From Candidatus Fermentibacteraceae bacterium (GTDB taxonomy: Bacteria > Fermentibacterota > Fermentibacteria > Fermentibacterales > JCC-6): a DNA stretch of 64,000 bases. The stretch lies in contig JBGSZS010000019.1 in the NCBI GenBank assembly GCA_041750285.1, forward strand, positions 64,001 to 128,000. The letters run 5' to 3'. Below are positions 59,149 to 64,000 of the stretch, piece by piece. Each line of letters starts with the position of its first letter. Positions within the stretch are counted from its first letter, which is position 1. Below the pieces are notes generated by a model. The model did no database searches and was not told the origin of the DNA. It saw only the letters and a list, made by a program, of their open reading frames with translations. Made by a program: the position numbers and the translations under genes.

Positions 59149-61134
59149 ATGAGATCAAAAGCCATTCTGTGTGCGTTTCTGCTCCTGACTGTTACCGGGA
59201 CAGCCACTGCACTTCCATCCTATTGGGGTCTTCGCGGCCTTAACAGGGTGGTCGACGCACAGCCCATCGGCATCAACCAGTTCGCGATGGGTGTTTTCCT
59301 GCACAACGGCATTTCCCACGATGAAAGGCTTGCGGTGTTCGCTGACACTTCCTTCGCAGTGGAGGACATGGAACAGAACGCCACGGGCTATTTCGCGATG
59401 GCTTACGGCATCAACGACATGATCGAGATCGCCGGCCGGGTGGGCTATGTCTACAACGGTCTGCAGCGCGACCTCGACAGCGAGATCCGTGCCGCCAACA
59501 CCGGGGAATGGGAAGAGGACGACGGCATCACCAACGTTGTCGCCAGCCTCAAGGCGGGTTTCAACCCCACCAACGACGGCCAGTTCTGGATCGGCTTCAT
59601 GCCGCTGGTCGGCTTCAAGGTCTACAGCGGCGGCGACAGCCCCTACGTAGAGAGCTATGACGAAGGCTACGACGGCATCTGGTACTTTGGCGAGCCCATG
59701 TTCGAGATGCGCAGGGCGATGATCCCCGAAGCCGAGATGTACTACGGCGCCAACGCACTTTTCAGCTACAACGCCAATTTCGGCCTCGGTGTGCACGCCA
59801 ACGCCGGCTACCACATGTACAGCCAGACCTTTGAGTTCACCGACCGCCAGTTCGACGGGAACGGCGAAGTCATCGACTCTGAAGAGATCGAAATGGATGT
59901 CGATGACAACGTGCTCGTCATTGGTGCCGGCCTTGAGTACAAGACCAGGTACGTCACCCCGTTCATCGAGGGTGAATGGCGCATGTACCTCGACCGTGAA
60001 GAGGAAGACGGAGACGGTGAACGTTACGACGAAACCGGCATTCTGGCCGGTGGTTTCCGTTTCACAAGCAACTTCGGCATGGCACTCGACATCGTCGGCT
60101 CCATGAGCATGACCGAGTTCGACCCCGAGTGGTCGGACCTTGGCCACGGGCTCTACCAGGCCGGCCAGAACCCAACGGAAGAAGAGAGAGCCGCAAGGGC
60201 TCCGTTCCCCATGGGCTACCCCGCTGACTACGGCTTCGGCGTGAACCTCATGTTCTCCTCCGACCTTCTCGAGAGCCCCACCCAGGGAACCCTCAGCGGT
60301 GTGGTCACCGATGCCGGCACAGGCGAAGTCCTTGCCGCCGAGGTCAGCTTCCCCGCCACCACCATAATGCCCCTCACCACCGCCGAGGGCTTCTACACGG
60401 TCAAGCTGCTTGCAGGTTCGGTTCCCGTCAGGGTCACCGCCGAGGGCTACAACACGATCAACGAGACAGTAGTCATCGTGGCGGGCGAAAGCATCACACG
60501 CGACTTCGCGATGCAGCCTCTGCCCGGCAACGGAATGCTCACAGGTTCCGTCACCGATGGCGAGACCCAGCAGATCCTTGTCGCCAACATCAGTGTCCCC
60601 GACCTGCCCGAGGGCTACAACGGCACCACGGTCTGCGATGCCAACGGCGTTTACAGCCTCGAACTTCCCGAAGGCACCTGGACCCTCAGGTCCGAAGCCG
60701 AGGGTTACGTCACCGTCACCCGCCGCGTAACCGTCGTTGCCGACGAGACAGTCATCCAGGACATCCAGATGCGCCCCGAGCTCGTCGAGGGCCAGGTTCT
60801 CAGCTTCAACAACATCTACTTCGATTCGGGAAGCGCCAACATCAAACCCGAGAGCTTCCCCGTGCTTGACACCGTCGCCCAGACCCTTCTCGCCAACGAG
60901 GGCGTCAGGGTGCGCATCGTCGGTCACACCGACAGCGACGGCAGCACCAGCTACAACCAGGGCCTCAGCGAGCGCAGGGCCCAGTCCGTCTACGAGTACC
61001 TTGTGAACAAGGGCATCCCCGCCGCCAGGCTGACCACGGCCGGCTACGGCGAGGAGAGACCCGCGGTGCCCAACACCAGCGCCGCCAACAAGGCACAGAA
61101 CCGCCGCATCGAGTTCGAGATCCTCGGACGCTAG
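59149..61134 (+). CDS. OmpA-family outer-membrane protein: N-terminal barrel, two carboxypeptidase-regulatory-like beta-sandwiches, OmpA C-terminal domain
   Basis: IYFDSGSA, VGHTDSDG..YNQGLSERRA, GYGE..P, NRRIEF; repeated G.L.G.VTD..T...AEGY units. Confidence 0.9.
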   Translation: MRSKAILCAFLLLTVTGTATALPSYWGLRGLNRVVDAQPIGINQFAMGVFLHNGISHDERLAVFADTSFAVEDMEQNATGYFAMAYGINDMIEIAGRVGYVYNGLQRDLDSEIRAANTGEWEEDDGITNVVASLKAGFNPTNDGQFWIGFMPLVGFKVYSGGDSPYVESYDEGYDGIWYFGEPMFEMRRAMIPEAEMYYGANALFSYNANFGLGVHANAGYHMYSQTFEFTDRQFDGNGEVIDSEEIEMDVDDNVLVIGAGLEYKTRYVTPFIEGEWRMYLDREEEDGDGERYDETGILAGGFRFTSNFGMALDIVGSMSMTEFDPEWSDLGHGLYQAGQNPTEEERAARAPFPMGYPADYGFGVNLMFSSDLLESPTQGTLSGVVTDAGTGEVLAAEVSFPATTIMPLTTAEGFYTVKLLAGSVPVRVTAEGYNTINETVVIVAGESITRDFAMQPLPGNGMLTGSVTDGETQQILVANISVPDLPEGYNGTTVCDANGVYSLELPEGTWTLRSEAEGYVTVTRRVTVVADETVIQDIQMRPELVEGQVLSFNNIYFDSGSANIKPESFPVLDTVAQTLLANEGVRVRIVGHTDSDGSTSYNQGLSERRAQSVYEYLVNKGIPAARLTTAGYGEERPAVPNTSAANKAQNRRIEFEILGR

Positions 61135-61150
61135 ACGGCCGGTGTTTCAC

Positions 61151-61181
61151 GGGGGCGGGCTTCGGCCCGCCCCCCTCTTTT
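61151..61181 (+). terminator. Intrinsic terminator
   Basis: gggggcgggc-ttcg-gcccgccccc followed by ctctttt. Confidence 0.85.
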
Positions 61182-62970
61182 ATCCCAGGTCCAGAATCTC
61201 CTGGCACCACAGCCGTTCCATCCGCATCTCGCTGAAGAACAGCCGTTCCCTGAAGTCCGCGAACGTTTCGGCAAGGCTTGGGAGATCGGGAAAGCCATCG
61301 ATGAGGAGCCCGATGTTGTGCTCGAGAAGGTCGGAAGGGACCTGTTCGGGCCTGTTCCATGGAATGACGACGAGCGCTTCCTGCGCGCAGGCGGAAAGCC
61401 AGCCGGGGTCTGAATCGAAAGCTGCGATGACCGCGGTTCTGAGCCTGCCCTGACGGCCGAGAACCGAAGCGGTCCTGTCTGTGTAGTCCAGGGGGCGGAC
61501 GATTGCCGAGACGAGTGCCGGGAGGTCAACGGGGAAAGGCCCGGAAGCCTCTATCACAACGTCGAGGACACAGTAAGGATCGATCCTGAACCTGCTTTCC
61601 GCTGCGGAGATGATACGGTCCCGGTGTTCCCATGGATTGCTGCCGCGGACCCTCAGCACCGAATGGCGTCCAGTGAAGAAGGGACGAAAGGGTTTTTCAA
61701 TCTCGAGCAGCGTTGTGTGGGGCCAATCGTGGCAGAACACGGGTCTGGGCTCCATGTCCAGATCGAAGCCGAGAATTGAGCCGAGTTCGTCACGGGCGCA
61801 GGACAGATTCTCGAGGGTCAGCCCCGGAAGGCCGGTCACCCAGTACGGAGGGCGGTCCATGAAAAGCAGGCCTGTGTCCACGGCCTTTTCCCGCAGCAAC
61901 GTACCCGGGAGAACCGAAAGGTAGAAGGCCTGGACGCTTTCCCCGAGTCCCAGGCTCACAAGCCGTTCACCGGCCCGCAGGATGTTGTCGGGTGAATCAC
62001 CGGGAAGACCGAGGATCAAGTCCACTATCGGCTCGACCCCCGCGGTCTTCAGATCGACTGCGCCCCTTAGGGTTCTTTCCGGATCGTCATGCCGGCCCAT
62101 CGCCTTCAGTACGCGACGGCTGGTTGTCTGAAGACCCACTTCGACCGAGTGGAAACCCGCCCCTGCAAGTGCTGACGGGTCAAGGTTCCCAAGGCCGGCC
62201 CTGACCTCGGCGAAACATGAAAGCCCCATTCCGTTCATCCCGGACAATAATGACGCGAGGTCGCTTCTTCCGTTGAACGTGGGATCGAGGAAGACGAACT
62301 CCGACCGCCCTGCTCCGAGGTGTTTCCCAAGGTCCTGCAGAACCGCCGACGCGGGGGAGATGCGCGGTTCGGGGCATATGCGCCTGTAGGCGCAGTATGC
62401 GCATTGGTGCGGGCATCCCCTCACGGTTTCAATGTGCACCGGAAGGCCGCCGGAGCATTCCAGGTGCCCCGAGAAGTAGGGATCGGGCCAGTGGCCGGGC
62501 AGGAAGGTACACTTCCCCGTTGATGCGAACCCCGAAAGGGATACGGCCATTTTCAAGAGCTGAGGCGCGTTCAGGAGGTTTGCCGCGAAACCCTCACCCT
62601 CGCCTTCGACGAGCAGGTGGAAAGCACCCGACTCCCTCAGCCAGGTGTTGTCCCGCGTGACCTCCGGGCCTCCGCCCACAACAACGGTCCCGGGAAGGGC
62701 CCTTCTGATCTCGGTGGCGAGCCAGACGCATCTCTCTGCGTTCCACATGTAAAGCGTGAATCCAACGACAAGGGGACGGCCTTCCCTGATCATCGACAGG
62801 ATCCCGGAATCGGAGAGCGTGTCGCAGAGGTCACCCGGGAAAACACTGTTCGCGGGGAGTCCCGCTGCTGCGGCCAGCCTTGCGGGGGCCAGAGGCACGT
62901 TTCCCGTGGGTTCAAAAACGCAGCCCGGATGCAGCGGAAGCTGTATCAGAAGGACTTGCGGGTCAGACAC
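61180..62970 (-). CDS. Cobalamin-binding radical SAM protein
   Basis: VGFTLYMWN, VVGGGPEV, ETVRGCPHQCAYC, FLDPTFN, DLILGLPGD. GTG start at 62970. Confidence 0.88.
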   Translation of the reverse strand: MSDPQVLLIQLPLHPGCVFEPTGNVPLAPARLAAAAGLPANSVFPGDLCDTLSDSGILSMIREGRPLVVGFTLYMWNAERCVWLATEIRRALPGTVVVGGGPEVTRDNTWLRESGAFHLLVEGEGEGFAANLLNAPQLLKMAVSLSGFASTGKCTFLPGHWPDPYFSGHLECSGGLPVHIETVRGCPHQCAYCAYRRICPEPRISPASAVLQDLGKHLGAGRSEFVFLDPTFNGRSDLASLLSGMNGMGLSCFAEVRAGLGNLDPSALAGAGFHSVEVGLQTTSRRVLKAMGRHDDPERTLRGAVDLKTAGVEPIVDLILGLPGDSPDNILRAGERLVSLGLGESVQAFYLSVLPGTLLREKAVDTGLLFMDRPPYWVTGLPGLTLENLSCARDELGSILGFDLDMEPRPVFCHDWPHTTLLEIEKPFRPFFTGRHSVLRVRGSNPWEHRDRIISAAESRFRIDPYCVLDVVIEASGPFPVDLPALVSAIVRPLDYTDRTASVLGRQGRLRTAVIAAFDSDPGWLSACAQEALVVIPWNRPEQVPSDLLEHNIGLLIDGFPDLPSLAETFADFRERLFFSEMRMERLWCQEILDLG

Positions 62971-63763
62971 CTGGAAAGCCCGACAGCGTGGAGTAAAGAA
63001 GCGCCAGGTTTGAAAGAGCAATGAGAACGTGTGCCGCTGGATGATGGGGCCTCGTGAACCGAAAGACCACCCATGTACCAAGGACAAGTGCAACCGAAGC
63101 CATCAGATGAACCCTGAAGGAATCGCTGCCGATCCCTCCCGCGAGCATCGCACCGACGGATACAAGGGCAAAGGGTATGCACGCTGTGCAGACCCTTCCG
63201 GCCCAGTAGTCGGAGAATGCCATGGGAGGGTTGCTTTTGAACATGCTGCTGCCTTCCCTGAAAAACGCCCTGGCGGCATAGGTGACCGAGAAGGCCAGCG
63301 CCGTGGCACCGAGAGCCCTGTAGAAAACCAGTCCGAGAGAAAAGGCGGTGAACCAGTTGCTGCCGTGAACAACTGAACCGGCAGGTGACTTGAGCAGGCT
63401 GAGAATTATGAAGATGGACTGAAAGACCTGCATCTCCCCCAGAACCGACCAGTGACGGAGCACCTGACGACCGAGCATGCGAAACAGCTGAAGGGCCATG
63501 GCGGTCATGGCCATTTGCCCCGGTACATTGGGGAGCAGCCGATTGGTTGTCGTGTCCAGCTGGACCAGCATCAGCGCAAGCCCGGCCAGCTGGACAACCC
63601 TGAGGCGCTCCAGCATCCTGAGGCCCCTGCTTTCAGCATCGGACCTGTCATCGGGCACCTGGAGGGCGTTACGTATGACGCCCCTGCGTATCAGGGACTG
63701 AAAAAGCACCTCCTCCAGTGCCAACAGCACCAGAACAAGGACCCCTGCGATCGTGTGCGGCAT
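62963..63763 (-). CDS. Hypothetical polytopic membrane protein
   Basis: Several hydrophobic segments; GGAGG upstream of ATG 63763; stop overlaps the start of the radical SAM gene. Confidence 0.65.
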   Translation of the reverse strand: MPHTIAGVLVLVLLALEEVLFQSLIRRGVIRNALQVPDDRSDAESRGLRMLERLRVVQLAGLALMLVQLDTTTNRLLPNVPGQMAMTAMALQLFRMLGRQVLRHWSVLGEMQVFQSIFIILSLLKSPAGSVVHGSNWFTAFSLGLVFYRALGATALAFSVTYAARAFFREGSSMFKSNPPMAFSDYWAGRVCTACIPFALVSVGAMLAGGIGSDSFRVHLMASVALVLGTWVVFRFTRPHHPAAHVLIALSNLALLYSTLSGFPGV

Positions 63764-64000
63764 GAACACCCTCCGGGCTTTCAGCGATGCAAAAACATAA
63801 CGAATGGCAGACCTTCGTGGTGAGCGGTGCGCATCTTCGGGGCCGGTGGGCGGCCGGGGAGAAAAACGTCATATAACTCTGTCATTGTCAACCGGAGCAT
63901 TCCGGCGGGGGAGGCAAACATCAAGGTGAAGGTTGCGGTCAATACTGAAGGGTACGCGGTTGATCCGGGTGGATCCCGTGCGCCCCTGAATCCCCTCAAG

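Noticed and set aside
59155..60927. 590-aa antisense ORF over the OmpA-family gene (similar ones at 11530-13014, 37269-38843, 48969-50264)
   Set aside because: Shadow ORFs expected from strong codon bias on the coding strand; no motifs or RBS recognised.
63781..64000. 72-aa minus-strand ORF, or the start of a plus-strand gene after GGAGG near 63910
   Set aside because: Truncated by the window edge with no recognisable motif; coding status cannot be decided.

Overview
GC-rich bacterial chromosomal window, mostly core genome. No rRNA, tRNA, CRISPR array, transposase or integrase was recognised. 1-2340 (-): Cys-rich small protein, M20 amidohydrolase and alanine racemase operon. 2607-17022 (+): complete S10-spc-alpha ribosomal cluster with secY, adk, map, infA and rpoA. 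It lacks rpsD, has no tuf/fusA upstream, and runs directly into pfkA and a NUDIX hydrolase. Next come aqpZ/GNAT/M28 (-), mscL and a hybrid histidine kinase, then a long + strand run: ridA, tol-pal, cpoB, tig, clpP, clpX, engB, purA, a TatD-radical SAM fusion, rsmA, outer-membrane and glycan genes. The most interesting accessory block is 44457-52801: orphan ABC solute-binding lipoprotein, secreted tandem OB-fold/FlgD-Ig protein, PorV/PorQ-like barrel, helix-hairpin-helix plus barrel protein, second barrel and 5'-nucleotidase. It reads as a candidate outer-membrane system for capturing and degrading extracellular nucleic acid. Downstream are a COG2403 (arginine synthetase ArcE-like) gene with a structured upstream region, a four-subunit 2-oxoacid:ferredoxin oxidoreductase, an OmpA-family protein and a B12 radical SAM enzyme. 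Gene content suggests an anaerobic diderm, possibly FCB-group (inference only). All calls come from motif recognition by eye, with no database searches, and start codons were chosen manually.
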